DNA from: an uncultured delta proteobacterium
Lineage (GTDB): Bacteria > Desulfobacterota > Binatia > UBA9968
DNA length: 64,000 nucleotides
Direction of reading: 5' to 3'
Assembly (NCBI GenBank): GCA_963745835.1
Contig: CAVUZH010000019.1
Span: 1 to 64,000 of the forward strand
Shown here: one piece after another, positions 41,027-51,870 of the stretch
Numbering within the stretch: the first letter of the stretch is position 1
Layout: every line of letters begins with the position of its first letter
Made by a program: the position numbers and the translations under genes
Notes under the pieces: generated by a model
Told to the model about the DNA's origin: nothing
The model's input: only the letters and a program-made list of their open reading frames with translations
Databases searched by the model: none

Positions 41027-41068
41027 GGACTAATCATCTATCAGAGCCGGACAGATTCAAATCTCCTC

Positions 41069-41126
41069 GGCTAAACGTTCAGCTCAGCTGTCGCTATCCA
41101 GTGATCGGTCTAGCAATGTGTTAGCC
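41069..41126 (-). mobile_element. Integron attC site (58 bp, imperfect)
   Basis: Minus strand GGCTAAC-ACATTGCTAG...GCTGAGCTGAAC-GTTTAGCC with terminal inverted repeat. Confidence 0.6.
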
Positions 41127-41246
41127 GATGTACATGTCATCGTGACGGCTTGGCGCCCGCTCATAGGTGACTCAAACCCTTGGGACCTCCAGAAGAAGGC
41201 TAGCGCTTTTAGAATCCCTAAAGCAGCCGCGACTTCCATCCCGACT

Positions 41247-41357
41247 TCAGGGGCGCACAACGTCAAAGCTCAGCCGCGGCGCGCCGTGTGCGCCAACAAC
41301 AGACGCGCAGAGAAGCGCAAGGATTGTAGCCAACACAAAGCATCTTGCAGATTTCAT
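41247..41357 (-). pseudogene. Truncated cassette gene: signal peptide only (36 aa) running into a half attC
   Basis: AAGGAGG RBS, MKSARCFVLATILALLCASVVGA..., then CGCGGCTGAGCTTTGACGTTGTGC attC-like right arm (41255..41285). Confidence 0.45.
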
Positions 41358-41393
41358 CGCATCCCTCCTTTTGCTTACGGTTCTACTAGACTT

Positions 41394-41462
41394 GCCTAAC
41401 GGATCATGAGCTCAGCGGCGGACGCGCGAAGCGCGGCCGTCCGCTGGAGCGAATTGTTAGCC
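41394..41462 (-). mobile_element. Integron attC site (69 bp)
   Basis: Minus strand GGCTAAC-AATTCGCTCCAGCGGACGGCCGCGCTTCGCGCGTCCGCCGCTGAGCTCATGATCC-GTTAGGC: inverse core, inner palindrome, GTTRRRY core. Confidence 0.88.
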
Positions 41463-41565
41463 CGCTTCCGCGAATTCGCATACTAAGTGCAACACGGCCA
41501 AGCGACCGCTGGCAGCCCTATATAGAAGGAAGACGACCTGAGAGTCGTAGACTTCAGTCCCAATG

Positions 41566-42127
<562 letters not shown>

Positions 42128-42144
42128 GACGTGCTCCTGAAGCG

Positions 42145-42194
42145 GGCTAACTATTAAGTATACTGCCGAGTCGTTCGGCGGTGTATTTAGTAGC
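42145..42194 (-). mobile_element. Recombination site at the head of the array (attI-like or degenerate attC)
   Basis: Minus strand ...GTATACTTAATA-GTTAGCC immediately before the first cassette gene; imperfect hairpin with GCCGA/TCGGC. Confidence 0.5.
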
Positions 42195-42225
42195 TCCAAA
42201 ATTTGAGAAGAGCAAAATCCGCTGC

Positions 42226-42254
42226 AATATCTTTAATAAGCCGGGTCCTGTCAA
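42226..42254 (-). promoter_or_regulatory. Putative sigma70 cassette promoter (Pc-like)
   Basis: Minus strand TTGACA-N17-GATATT pointing into the array. Confidence 0.45.
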
Positions 42255-42568
42255 TCTCTTCGCCCGACAAACGCTGCCCGTTGGGCGGCATATCCAGATA
42301 TCAGCCCGCGGTGTAGCACGGTACCGCTCATCGAATCTCAACACGAACTCTTAAGAATTCAGTCTGCTTCTTCCTCTCCGAACTCCTTACCGTCTCATCC
42401 ACAACAGGGAATCACGAATCTCCTGCTGATAACGGCAGGCAGGATCAAATTCCGGATCAGGTTTCATCGTTTGTAGTTCATATATCTTGAAATTGAAACA
42501 TCAATAGCGAGCAGTTCGATTACTCGTGCTTAAGTGTCAACCTGATTAATTTGGTGTTTGGCTGCGCC

Positions 42569-43576
42569 TTATTTTTCTTCCTTCAGGCGCTTTAGGAATC
42601 CGCTATCTCGCAGCTCGGTAAAAAACCGCGGATCGTAGAAATCTTCCGCTTTGGCCGAGACCGCTTGGGGCACGGCTTTTCCGATTAATCCCAGAATCAG
42701 CTCGATTCCTTTCGGATCGACTTGGAGAGACGGTTCCATTGCCTTTCCTTCGGCCGTCATCGAATGCGTGAGTATTTCCTTGTCCTCCACCTTGGTGTAC
42801 TTCTGCACCACCTTGGCGGCGACTTCTGGATTCGTCAGGAAAGTGTGAATCGCTTCGGCGTAGGCGCGAGCAAATTTGGCCACCTCCGCTTGTTTGCGGG
42901 CGACTGTAGTCCGCGTCGACAGCAGCACGGTGGCGGCAAATGGAATCTTCAGCGCCGTAATATCTAAAATCACTTTAAAACCCAATCTCTGAGCAAAAAG
43001 ATCATAGGGTGGCGTGGTCGTGAAAGCGTCGATGGAGCCGGCCTTCAGAGCAGGGATGCCTTGGCTCGTGCTGCCCATCTGCACATAACTCAGGTCTTTT
43101 AATGGATCGATTTGAAAACGAGAGAGCGCGGCTTGTGTATACATATCCGGATTCGAACCGATGCGGTCGATGCCGAGCCGTTTGCCTTTGAGTTCCTGGA
43201 CGCCGGCGATCTCATTCCGGCCGACGATGGCCCCGACCATGGCGTTCTTGCTCTGGCCGATGATCACCAGATTCTTGGCGCCGCCAAGAATAGCCCGGAT
43301 CGGAGCAAAGCCGCCAATGATGCCGATGTCCGCTTCGCCAGAGAGAATCGACGTCGTTCCGATCGGACCCGAACCAATATAGACCAAACGAACGTCGGCG
43401 CCGTGTTTTTTGAAAAGGCCGGTCTCATTGGCGATCCACATGGGCGCCATAGAAACCACATGGGCGGTGTAAAATGCCGTAATTGTGGAAGACTGCGCGG
43501 CACTCTGTTTGGACGAGCCGAAAAAAGCGGCGAGAGCGATACTCGTTAGCGCCAGCAGCTTCTGCAAAGCAGTCAT
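42569..43576 (-). CDS. ABC transporter substrate-binding protein, NMT1/SsuA/THI5-like (orphan)
   Basis: Signal peptide, PMWIANETGLFKKHG, ELKGKRLGI, C-terminal FFTELRDSGFL. Confidence 0.85.
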   Translation of the reverse strand: MTALQKLLALTSIALAAFFGSSKQSAAQSSTITAFYTAHVVSMAPMWIANETGLFKKHGADVRLVYIGSGPIGTTSILSGEADIGIIGGFAPIRAILGGAKNLVIIGQSKNAMVGAIVGRNEIAGVQELKGKRLGIDRIGSNPDMYTQAALSRFQIDPLKDLSYVQMGSTSQGIPALKAGSIDAFTTTPPYDLFAQRLGFKVILDITALKIPFAATVLLSTRTTVARKQAEVAKFARAYAEAIHTFLTNPEVAAKVVQKYTKVEDKEILTHSMTAEGKAMEPSLQVDPKGIELILGLIGKAVPQAVSAKAEDFYDPRFFTELRDSGFLKRLKEEK

Positions 43577-43648
43577 TTCGAACCTCCCTTTTCGCGAGAT
43601 TTGCCTGAAACATGAAAGACGCTTCTTCAACAACAGGCGCTAAGATGG

Positions 43649-43849
43649 TTAGCCTTTTCCTGAACGCTGTTCCGCCGCAGAGTTCTTGTCCATGCACTCC
43701 GAGCAGATTCCTGATTGCTTTCTCCACCAGCCTTTGAAGAAATGCCTTCTGCATAAAATTCTTCGACACTGTTTGCATGCCGCGCCGCTCAACTCGCCAA
43801 AGCTTCGCTTGCAGATACCACACACTATCGGGGCTATTGAGAAGATCAT
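43649..43849 (-). CDS. Small Cys-rich zinc-finger protein (66 aa)
   Basis: CGIC, CKQC, CRRH, CSEC ligand pairs; GGAG upstream. Confidence 0.55.
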   Translation of the reverse strand: MIFSIAPIVCGICKRSFGELSGAACKQCRRILCRRHFFKGWWRKQSGICSECMDKNSAAEQRSGKG

Positions 43850-43972
43850 GTGAAACTAATTTCTCCGTACACCTTCTCGAAGAATCCTTTGCTCTCGAGT
43901 TTCTTAACCAACTGTGATGGACGATTTCCGCCGCTTGGATGTTGGCTGCTTTGCGACCAGGATCAATAACGC

Positions 43973-46900
43973 TCAAACCTGCTCGCTCCGCCGCGGCCAA
44001 CTCCGGATCACGAGATCGAGAAGAAATAGAAACAGACCCAGGCCCGCAAGCGGCCACCAAGTTTCTTGACCGCGTCTGCCCTTGCCCGGGGTCGGCGTGT
44101 AGAGACGGGCGATACCGTCGTCGAGCTTATCGGCATCGATCATTTCTCCACCGGTCTCTTCGGCAAGGCGGCTGAGGAGCGCGGTGTTCGGCTTCAGTTC
44201 ACGGTATTCCTTCGGATACGGAGCAATGTAAGGAATCGTCCCCACCGGCTGGCCTGCTTCGCCCGACTCTCCTTCGGCATAGAGCGTCAATAAATGGATG
44301 CCGCGCTGTGATGGGATGAATTTGGTTTCGTACCGTCCCGGCGCGCTTTGCTGAAGAGCTTGCTCGAGGGTCGTTTTATTCGGCGTCGCGATGTTGCTCC
44401 TGAGCTTGAGATGATTTAGGAACTTGCCTTCTTTGGACAACAAGTCGGCAACGACTTTTACGGCCTCGCCATCTGGTTGTAATTCGGCGCGCATTCTAGT
44501 TTCAAGAAACTTGCGCATTGTATCGCGTGCCAGCTGGCTGGCCCATTGTGGAAAGCCAGGCCAAGTCACCCATTCTTTTCCCCAACGGCCGCTTAGATCC
44601 GAGGTAAACGCCATTACCCGCCCGACACCGTAACGCCACGACACCAGCAGAGGATCTTTGTCGGCGCTCATAAGCAGCTCAGAGCGCGGTTTCGCGTAGG
44701 TGAGAACGTAACCCCGCAGCGGCGGCACACTGGCTTGGCTGATGCCTTTCAGCGGGCCCACCGGCGCGACAATGCTGGGCGTGAAAAGTTTGTCAACGAG
44801 CAGATCGCGCGAGATCAGCAAGGTTTCCGCGGTAAAGATCTGCGGGATCGTTTGCGGGTCCAACGCCACATAGCCTCTGCCTTTGCCCTCTTTGGCAATA
44901 TCGGCCATGAGCTGGACGTCGGCATCACTGCCTACGGAAACGGTCGAAACGGTAATGCCGTCGCGAGCCATCCGCTGGCCGAGTCCCTGGAAATCCGCCT
45001 TGTCGGTGAGTCCATCGGAAAGAACAATCACGTGCTTGATAGCGGCTTGTTTGGTGGCAATGGCGCGATGCGCCTCCACCAAGGCTTTGTAGAGGTCGGT
45101 GCCGCCATCCGACTGCAACCCCGCAAGCTTTTCTGAAATCCATTCACCGTTGCCTACCGGACGAAACGGCAGCACCCAATCCCAGGCGGCATCGAAGCCG
45201 ATGATGCCCACCTGGTCGGTCGGGTTCATGATGTCGGCGGCCGCGACCGCTGCGGCCTTGGCTAAGTCAAGCTTGGTGCTGCCCTCCTGCCCCGCGCCCA
45301 TGCTGCCGGATTTATCGAGGACGAAGAGCAGCGCTACGTGAGGCAAATCAAGTCGCGCAGGCGGGCGCATGTCGACCGGAAGAACCCGCTCCAGAGCGGT
45401 TCGATAGTAGCCGCCGGCGCCATAACTCTGCGAGCCGCCAATGACCAACAAACCGCCGCCCAGATCGCGCACGTACTTTTCAATGTTTTCCATCTTGGCA
45501 TCCGTCAATTGAAAAGCCGGCACATTATCGAGCACCAAGAGATCAAACGAAGAAAGATCGGTGAGCGTCATGGACGTCTTTTCCGGCGCCGATTGAACTA
45601 CGGAATAACCCTGGACTTGCAGCGCTTTGGAGAGAAATTGCTGGCTGTCATTGTTTCCCGATAGGAGCAAAACCCTTGGCGCCCCTTTCACTTCAACCAC
45701 GCCTTGCAGCAAATTGTTTTCAGCAAGGGTATCGTCGCGCGACTCCAGGAGCAGTTCATAACTGTGGTTGCCGCGCTCGAACAAGCTTTCACGAAAGCTC
45801 ACCTGGTTGGTTCCGGATCGTAATTGAAGCTCCTGGTCGCGAATCAAGACACCGTCGCGCAATAGTTTGATGCGCGCCGGTGCGTCTCGAAGACTTTCGA
45901 TCTTGCCGGCGACTTCAAATCCTTCGCCGCTGTCCACCTGGCGCGGAGAGGCCAGATCGCTTAGATAGACTTCATTCCTGCCCCGCGACAGGCTTACCGG
46001 AAGGGTCCAGACCTGAGTACCGTGGGAACGCAGTAGGGGAATAATGCGCGAGGTCTCGCCGCGGTTTTCGTTGCCGTCGGAGATCAGAAGAATCTTGCCC
46101 TGACGCCCCTCGCCAATTTGCGCTAACGACGCCTGCAGGGCCGCTTGAATGTCTGTCTCTTCGCGATCCAACCGCAACGCCGCATCCGCGGCGGGAAATC
46201 TCTCGCGCGGCAGAAACTCCCATTCGGGCGTGCGGCCAAACACGACCATGCCGGTGCGCGTTTCCGGCTTGTTCGCGTGTCGGACGGCATCGAGCACCTC
46301 CCGCGCTTTTTCCCTGGCTTCCTGTCCAACGCTGCGCGAGAGATCGACATCGAGCACAACGTCCAGAGCCGTGGTTGATTGAAAAATCTTCGGATTAAGG
46401 AGCGCCAGGATCATAGCGACCAGTGCTGCCGCGCGTAGTGCGAGTGGAGAGAACGGCATTCGGCTACGAAAGGCCAGAGCCGATTCAATGGCGAGCACAA
46501 CCAGCGCCGCGACTAAGAGCGCCGGCCATAACGAGAACCCGGCGTCGAGATTTTGATTGAGCCCATTGTCCGCGTCCGCGGCCGTGACGCCGACGTCGAC
46601 ACGCGGCGCGATTTGCGACTCGCCTTCATCGAAAAGATTGATCGCAAAGCGGTTTTCTGCGGCGGAATTTCTGTAGGTATAGATACCCGCTTCGAAAGTA
46701 TCGGTGAATAGCAAGGGATTGGTCGCCGAAGTGAAAGTTTCTTTCCTGCCCGACGGCATCCTCAACTCGAGGTCGCCCTCGCCCGCCGGAAGCCGCAGCG
46801 AGATGGCACTACCGGATTGCGCGCCGCGCGCGGGAAATTCCACCTGCTGGGGCTGGAACCACTCCAGAGCATTATGAACCAGGACTGGAAATGCCACTCT

Positions 46901-48301
46901 CAGCGGTAGATCCGAGTCCATCAGAGCGAAGCCGATCACCAGCGCCCGGAGGTTTCCCTTTTCAATCGCGACAATTAGTGGGCTCTCCGGCGAACGAGCA
47001 AGAATGGTTCCTTCGCCGCTGAGGGCCAAGCGCAGTGATGCCTGCACATGCAGATCGCCGAGACTCAAACCTTCGGTGATAGGATGCTTTGTCGGTTGAG
47101 AAACGATGCGCGGCGTCTTGACCGCGCCGTGCAGCCGCAACGGCAAATTCGGCGCCAGTGTGTTGATCAAAATAAAATTTCCTTGCGTCAACTGAGGCGC
47201 CGGGACACTGTCGAAGATTACGACATCGTAGTGAGATGACGCTGCATTCGGATCCCATTCGGGCGCCGTGTTGACTTGCAGATGAGGAAAAAAACGGAAC
47301 AGATTGGCTAAAAACGGATTCCCCGGACCGACATAAAGAACTCGCACTGGCGGCGCATCGCTTAGCGCCAGATAAGCGCGATTGTCGGTGGCAAAGTCGT
47401 CCTCGATGTCGAGACGAGCGACCAGCGTTCCTTGGGGCGAGCTTTCAAGGGGATAGATCAAGATCTTCCGGCCGTCGGGCTCCAGGTCGATGACTTCTTG
47501 CACTGCGGTCTTTTCGCCCATAGCCAACGTCAGCGGAACACGCGCCGAGCTTGCGGTAAAGTTCTTCACGTGCACCATGACTTCGACCTGGGACCTGCGC
47601 TCGGGATGACGGCGCAATTCGAAGCCGACAATGCCGATGTTGTTATTTCCACCTTCGATTTTGATGAAACGAAGATGGCTCGCCGGGCGGCTATACTCTT
47701 CGGCGCCATCGAACGCGCCGTCACTGATCACCACCACCCGATCGGGGGTGTCCCGCTTGAGAAACGCATGAGCAAAAAGAATTGCTTCTTTCACGCGACC
47801 GGGAGCGTCAGTGGCAGTTATATCGCGCGCCAACTGGCGCAGCCTTCTCTTGTCGGCGGTAAACGGTTGGAGCAGCCGCGGCTGCGCGCCGGCGCCGATG
47901 ACCATAATCTTTTGATGCGACGCCAAGCCATCGATCAGTGATAGAAACTCGCGACGCGCCGCCTCGAACCGTGGCCCTGAGCTGCCCTTGGCCTTCATAC
48001 TGGCGCTCAGGTCCATGACCACCACGGTATCTCCCGATAATGCGCCGAAATGGCGCAATGCCGGATCAGCAAGGGCGGCGATGAGCATCGTCGCGGCAAC
48101 GATCTGTAAAATCAGCAGCAGATTCTTGCGCAGCAACCATCCCAGCCGAGTCGCCAACGGCTGCTCGTTGAGCACACGCTCCCAGAGAAACAGCGTGGTG
48201 GTGTCGAACTTGACCCCTTTCGGTTTAAGACTATGCAGCAGAAGAATCAGCGGGACAGCGCCGGCGAGAAGCAGTAGTACGTGCGGAAAACCCCAGAACA
48301 T
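43973..48301 (-). CDS. Large membrane protein: BatA N-terminus, three vWA domains and glutamine-amidotransferase-like domains
   Basis: BatA-like N-terminus (PLILLLHSLK..TLFLWE..LLLILQ..ALADP); MIDAS motifs DLSASM, DLSRSV, DKSGSM; GGGLLVIGG..YGAGGY..LERVLPV. Confidence 0.85.
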   Translation of the reverse strand: MFWGFPHVLLLLAGAVPLILLLHSLKPKGVKFDTTTLFLWERVLNEQPLATRLGWLLRKNLLLILQIVAATMLIAALADPALRHFGALSGDTVVVMDLSASMKAKGSSGPRFEAARREFLSLIDGLASHQKIMVIGAGAQPRLLQPFTADKRRLRQLARDITATDAPGRVKEAILFAHAFLKRDTPDRVVVISDGAFDGAEEYSRPASHLRFIKIEGGNNNIGIVGFELRRHPERRSQVEVMVHVKNFTASSARVPLTLAMGEKTAVQEVIDLEPDGRKILIYPLESSPQGTLVARLDIEDDFATDNRAYLALSDAPPVRVLYVGPGNPFLANLFRFFPHLQVNTAPEWDPNAASSHYDVVIFDSVPAPQLTQGNFILINTLAPNLPLRLHGAVKTPRIVSQPTKHPITEGLSLGDLHVQASLRLALSGEGTILARSPESPLIVAIEKGNLRALVIGFALMDSDLPLRVAFPVLVHNALEWFQPQQVEFPARGAQSGSAISLRLPAGEGDLELRMPSGRKETFTSATNPLLFTDTFEAGIYTYRNSAAENRFAINLFDEGESQIAPRVDVGVTAADADNGLNQNLDAGFSLWPALLVAALVVLAIESALAFRSRMPFSPLALRAAALVAMILALLNPKIFQSTTALDVVLDVDLSRSVGQEAREKAREVLDAVRHANKPETRTGMVVFGRTPEWEFLPRERFPAADAALRLDREETDIQAALQASLAQIGEGRQGKILLISDGNENRGETSRIIPLLRSHGTQVWTLPVSLSRGRNEVYLSDLASPRQVDSGEGFEVAGKIESLRDAPARIKLLRDGVLIRDQELQLRSGTNQVSFRESLFERGNHSYELLLESRDDTLAENNLLQGVVEVKGAPRVLLLSGNNDSQQFLSKALQVQGYSVVQSAPEKTSMTLTDLSSFDLLVLDNVPAFQLTDAKMENIEKYVRDLGGGLLVIGGSQSYGAGGYYRTALERVLPVDMRPPARLDLPHVALLFVLDKSGSMGAGQEGSTKLDLAKAAAVAAADIMNPTDQVGIIGFDAAWDWVLPFRPVGNGEWISEKLAGLQSDGGTDLYKALVEAHRAIATKQAAIKHVIVLSDGLTDKADFQGLGQRMARDGITVSTVSVGSDADVQLMADIAKEGKGRGYVALDPQTIPQIFTAETLLISRDLLVDKLFTPSIVAPVGPLKGISQASVPPLRGYVLTYAKPRSELLMSADKDPLLVSWRYGVGRVMAFTSDLSGRWGKEWVTWPGFPQWASQLARDTMRKFLETRMRAELQPDGEAVKVVADLLSKEGKFLNHLKLRSNIATPNKTTLEQALQQSAPGRYETKFIPSQRGIHLLTLYAEGESGEAGQPVGTIPYIAPYPKEYRELKPNTALLSRLAEETGGEMIDADKLDDGIARLYTPTPGKGRRGQETWWPLAGLGLFLFLLDLVIRSWPRRSEQV

Positions 48302-48305
48302 CTTT

Positions 48306-49343
48306 TTAGTTTACGCTGCTCGCTTGCCGCAGCGTTTTCAAAACGAATTCTTCGAAGGGAATTTGCGTCGTGGTGCGCAGGTAATCGATTTGGCGGCTGG
48401 CGCAAGTAGCCTCGATTTCACCGAGATAGCGGCGCAGTTCCTGCTGATAACGACGCACCAGTTCCGCATCCAAGAAAATTTTACGCTCATGCCCGCCTTC
48501 GACATCGCGCAAGGTAATGTCACCCGTGAGCGGGGGACTGCTTTCCTGTTCGTCGATGATGTGAATCAGCAGAATCTGATGTTTTTTCATCGCGAGTTCC
48601 TGGAGCGCGGCGCGCCAGCCGGCGGGATCGAAGAGATCACTGACGACGATCACCAAGCCGGCATGAGGAAACAGACGACAGAACGAGTGCGCGGACAGGC
48701 GCAAGTCGGTGGCGCCGCTGCAGGACAGGCCGCCGAGAAAGTTAAATAAACGCAGGATCTGCTTTCGTCCCCGCCCCAAGGTCAGCGGCGTGTGCAATGT
48801 GTTGGCGAAGGACGCGCCGCCAACCCGATCCAAGTTTTTCAGGCCGATGTAGCCCAACGCCGCAGCAACTCTCCTGGCATAGTCGATTTTTGTCGGCGAT
48901 CCTTGCGCCATCGAGCGGCTCGTGTCGACCAAGAGGTAGATATTCATTTCTTCCTCTGCGGTAAACACTTTCACCAACAGCCGCTCGAGCCGTCGGTAGA
49001 TGTTCCAATCGACATAACGTAAATCATCGCCTGGTTGATAGTTGCGGTAATCGGAGAACTCCAAGCTGAAGCCTTTTCGAGAAACCGCGTGCTCGCCTTT
49101 GGCGCCCGCCCAACTGAGCCGCTTGGCGACCAACCGAAGCCGCTCGATCTTTTTGAGGAATTCCGCGTCGAGGAAAGTCTCTGAGGATTCCTGCGGAGCC
49201 GCCGCCTGAGCGGGGTGCTCTTGCGCTGAGCGCGTTCGGAAAAGCGCGCCGGAGAACCGCATCGACGAGATAAGACCCTGTATGGATGCGCCGGACTGTT
49301 TGAGCCAATTTTGAAAATCCGCAACGCGAAATCCGTAATTCAT
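48306..49343 (-). CDS. DUF58 domain protein
   Basis: EFSDYRNYQPGDDLRYVDWN, LLVDTSRSM, VVSDL; ATGA overlap with moxR. Confidence 0.9.
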   Translation of the reverse strand: MNYGFRVADFQNWLKQSGASIQGLISSMRFSGALFRTRSAQEHPAQAAAPQESSETFLDAEFLKKIERLRLVAKRLSWAGAKGEHAVSRKGFSLEFSDYRNYQPGDDLRYVDWNIYRRLERLLVKVFTAEEEMNIYLLVDTSRSMAQGSPTKIDYARRVAAALGYIGLKNLDRVGGASFANTLHTPLTLGRGRKQILRLFNFLGGLSCSGATDLRLSAHSFCRLFPHAGLVIVVSDLFDPAGWRAALQELAMKKHQILLIHIIDEQESSPPLTGDITLRDVEGGHERKIFLDAELVRRYQQELRRYLGEIEATCASRQIDYLRTTTQIPFEEFVLKTLRQASSVN

Positions 49344-50356
49344 TGGCTTTTCGCCGCAATCTCTGGAACCTGAGCAACGATCTCCTGGAGAATCCTTTCG
49401 GCACCGATGCCTTCGGCATCGGCTTCCAAGTTTAAGATCAGACGATGGCGCAGGCTCGGCAGCAACATCGCGCGAATGTCCTCGAAAGAGACGTTGGGTC
49501 TTCCAGCAAAAAGCGCCCGGGCTTTGGCGGCCAGAATCAAGCTCTGCAGTCCTCGCGGGCTGGAGCCGTACAGGACGAATTTTTGCGCCATAGCGGCGCC
49601 GTTGCCTTGCTGTTTTGCGGATGGGTACTGAGAACAAACCGCACCGCATAATCTTTGACAACTTCGGCCAAAGGGACGTCCCTGACCCACTGCCGCATTT
49701 GCAAAATCGCCGAACCATCGACAATCTCGCGCAGCGGCGCCAGGCGGCGCGGCGGTCGTCAGTTCGGCTATGCGGCTAAGTTCCGCATGCGTCGGAAATT
49801 CCAGTACCAGCTTGAAGAAGAAGCGATCTACCTGAGCTTCAGGGAGCGGATAAGTTCCTTCCATTTCGATTGGATTTTGCGTTGCGAGGACCATGAAGGG
49901 ATTTTCCAAACGATGCAGTTTGCCGCCGACCGTGACGTTTTGCTCTTGCATAGCCTCCAATAAAGCGGACTGGGTCTTGGGCGTGGCCCGATTGATCTCG
50001 TCGGCCAGGACGATGTGAGCGAATACCGGACCGCGCTGAAACTCAAAAACTTTTCTGCCGGAGGGATCGTCAGTGAGCATATTGGTGCCGGTGATGTCAG
50101 CCGGCATCAGATCGGGCGTGAACTGAATACGTGAAAAACTCAGACTTAGGATCTCACCGAGACTGCGCACCAGCAATGTCTTGCCCAAGCCAGGTACACC
50201 CTCGAGCAAGCAATGGCCGCCGCACACAAGCGCGATAAAGATATCTTCGATCAAGTCCTCGTGGCCAACGATGACCCGGGCCATTTCGGCCTTTACTTCA
50301 TCGAAGGAGCGCCGCGCGCTCTGCATACGCCGCTCGATCTCTGCAACGGATTCCAC
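49340..50356 (-). CDS. moxR: MoxR family AAA+ ATPase (internal out-of-frame stretch ~49590-49750)
   Basis: LLEGVPGLGKT, RIQFTPDLMPADITG, LADEINRATPKTQSALLEAMQE, ATQNPIEMEGTYPLPEAQ. Confidence 0.93.
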   Translation of the reverse strand: MESVAEIERRMQSARRSFDEVKAEMARVIVGHEDLIEDIFIALVCGGHCLLEGVPGLGKTLLVRSLGEILSLSFSRIQFTPDLMPADITGTNMLTDDPSGRKVFEFQRGPVFAHIVLADEINRATPKTQSALLEAMQEQNVTVGGKLHRLENPFMVLATQNPIEMEGTYPLPEAQVDRFFFKLVLEFPTHAELSRIAELTTAAPPGAAARDCRWFGDFANAAVGQGRPFGRSCQRLCGAVCSQYPSAKQQGNGAAMAQKFVLYGSSPRGLQSLILAAKARALFAGRPNVSFEDIRAMLLPSLRHRLILNLEADAEGIGAERILQEIVAQVPEIAAKSQ

Positions 50357-50430
50357 GATTAAACTCCTTACACTTTCATCCGGCTATGCCGGCAGGTCAA
50401 GGATTTCCCGCAACGCTGTTATGAGCGTGG

Positions 50431-51870
50431 CTACTTTCCCGGATTATCGCCGCGCTGTTTGGTCTCCAAAGACAAAAAATATCTTCTAATGGTCTCCTTC
50501 AGCGCTTCGGGGACGCGCTCGGTGTTGAGCTCCTGTTCAGCCTGTCGCCGGTAAGTGGCAATTAACTCCTCTTGCGAAACTTCGGTCTTGCCCGCCGACG
50601 GTTTTCCCTTCAGGGCAACGCCGCTGCTGTTGCCCTCACCGATCATGCCTTTCAGCTGAGTCGCGGCTGCCGCAGGTAACTGTGGCGCCGGCTGACTTTC
50701 TTCTTTCGTTCCCGGCTCGCTGCCCGGCCGGTTACTGTTGCTCTTTGCTTTTTCGCCATCACCCGGGAGGTCCTGCTCGCCCCGTCCGGCAACGCGCGCG
50801 TTGGTTTCGGCCTTCTCACTCTGTCCCTGTTTAGCTAATTGTTCGAGGAACTGTTGAGCATCCAGTAGAGTGCGCCGGTCCAGTTCGCCAGTGACCTGTT
50901 TATCCATGGAATCGAGAAACGATTTCAGTTCATTTTGGCTCATCGAGCGGTTTGCCTGACCCTGCTGATCGAATTGGCGCTTGAGCTGCGGTAACGTCGC
51001 CAGCCGGTCCAATGATGATTGACTAAGTTCCCGTTCGCCTTTGGCGCTATCAGGTAGATTCAGCAGCTCCTGGGCTGCTTCCAGTTCAGCTTTGAGATCT
51101 TGCAGGCTTTGTCTGCTCTCCGCAGTGGCAAACGATCGCTCATTGCCGGTCGATTTTCCCATCGCTTCAACCTTGCTGCTCATCCCAGCAATCTCGTTTT
51201 TAAATTGTTCATCGGTGATTTTCGCCTCGATACTTTTCTGCGCCGCCTTTTCCAGTTCCCGGCCAACCTGGAGACTTTGGCGCAGCCCTTCGCTGCCGGC
51301 CTTTTCTTGAAGCTCACGGGAGAATTGCCGTAGCTTCTGCGCCAGACCCTGCTGCGCCAGCGGATGAACATCAGGTCTGAGGCGGACATCGACATCGAAC
51401 CAGAGAAGACCGGCCCACACCAGCAAGAGCGGAATTACCGCGTAGTCCTGCCAGCGCCGGGACCGGCCGAACAGTGATTTGGGATCGACCGTCTTCAGAC
51501 GCTCCGCCGCCTGCTTAAGAACCAGAAGCGCCGCGGGTCGATCCGCTTTAGTTTCAATTAGCTCCCAGGCGGTTATCGCCCGCTCATCGGAATGCAGTGT
51601 CTTATCGAGATCGGCCAGCGCCCGCGCCGAATCTTCCCGGCGCCACCGGCGAGCGACAAATGAAAACGGCGCTAACGAAAGAAAGATCGGCAGTGGTATG
51701 ACCCAACGTAGAAAGCTTGCCGGTAGCAGAAAATAGATTGGCAGTAACAACAATGCCGCCAATAGTGAATAGCACACCAAAGTGGCCAGTATCTCCTGCC
51801 TCCTTTTGCGCTTCTCCCAACCAAACAATTGGAGAAATTTTTGACGGAGGATTTCCGGCGCATCGTTCAT
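50431..51870 (-). CDS. Membrane-anchored coiled-coil protein of the MoxR-vWA operon
   Basis: Three N-terminal TM segments, long Q/E/K-rich helical region, C-terminal VPEALKETIRRYF motif. Confidence 0.7.
   Translation of the reverse strand: MNDAPEILRQKFLQLFGWEKRKRRQEILATLVCYSLLAALLLLPIYFLLPASFLRWVIPLPIFLSLAPFSFVARRWRREDSARALADLDKTLHSDERAITAWELIETKADRPAALLVLKQAAERLKTVDPKSLFGRSRRWQDYAVIPLLLVWAGLLWFDVDVRLRPDVHPLAQQGLAQKLRQFSRELQEKAGSEGLRQSLQVGRELEKAAQKSIEAKITDEQFKNEIAGMSSKVEAMGKSTGNERSFATAESRQSLQDLKAELEAAQELLNLPDSAKGERELSQSSLDRLATLPQLKRQFDQQGQANRSMSQNELKSFLDSMDKQVTGELDRRTLLDAQQFLEQLAKQGQSEKAETNARVAGRGEQDLPGDGEKAKSNSNRPGSEPGTKEESQPAPQLPAAAATQLKGMIGEGNSSGVALKGKPSAGKTEVSQEELIATYRRQAEQELNTERVPEALKETIRRYFLSLETKQRGDNPGK

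Noticed and set aside
42261-42290. GCCCAAC...GTCGGGC short inverted repeat as another attC
   Set aside because: Too short and lacks recognisable inner boxes; a remnant cannot be excluded
42290-42568. Integron integrase remnant upstream of the array
   Set aside because: No ORF or tyrosine-recombinase motif recognisable
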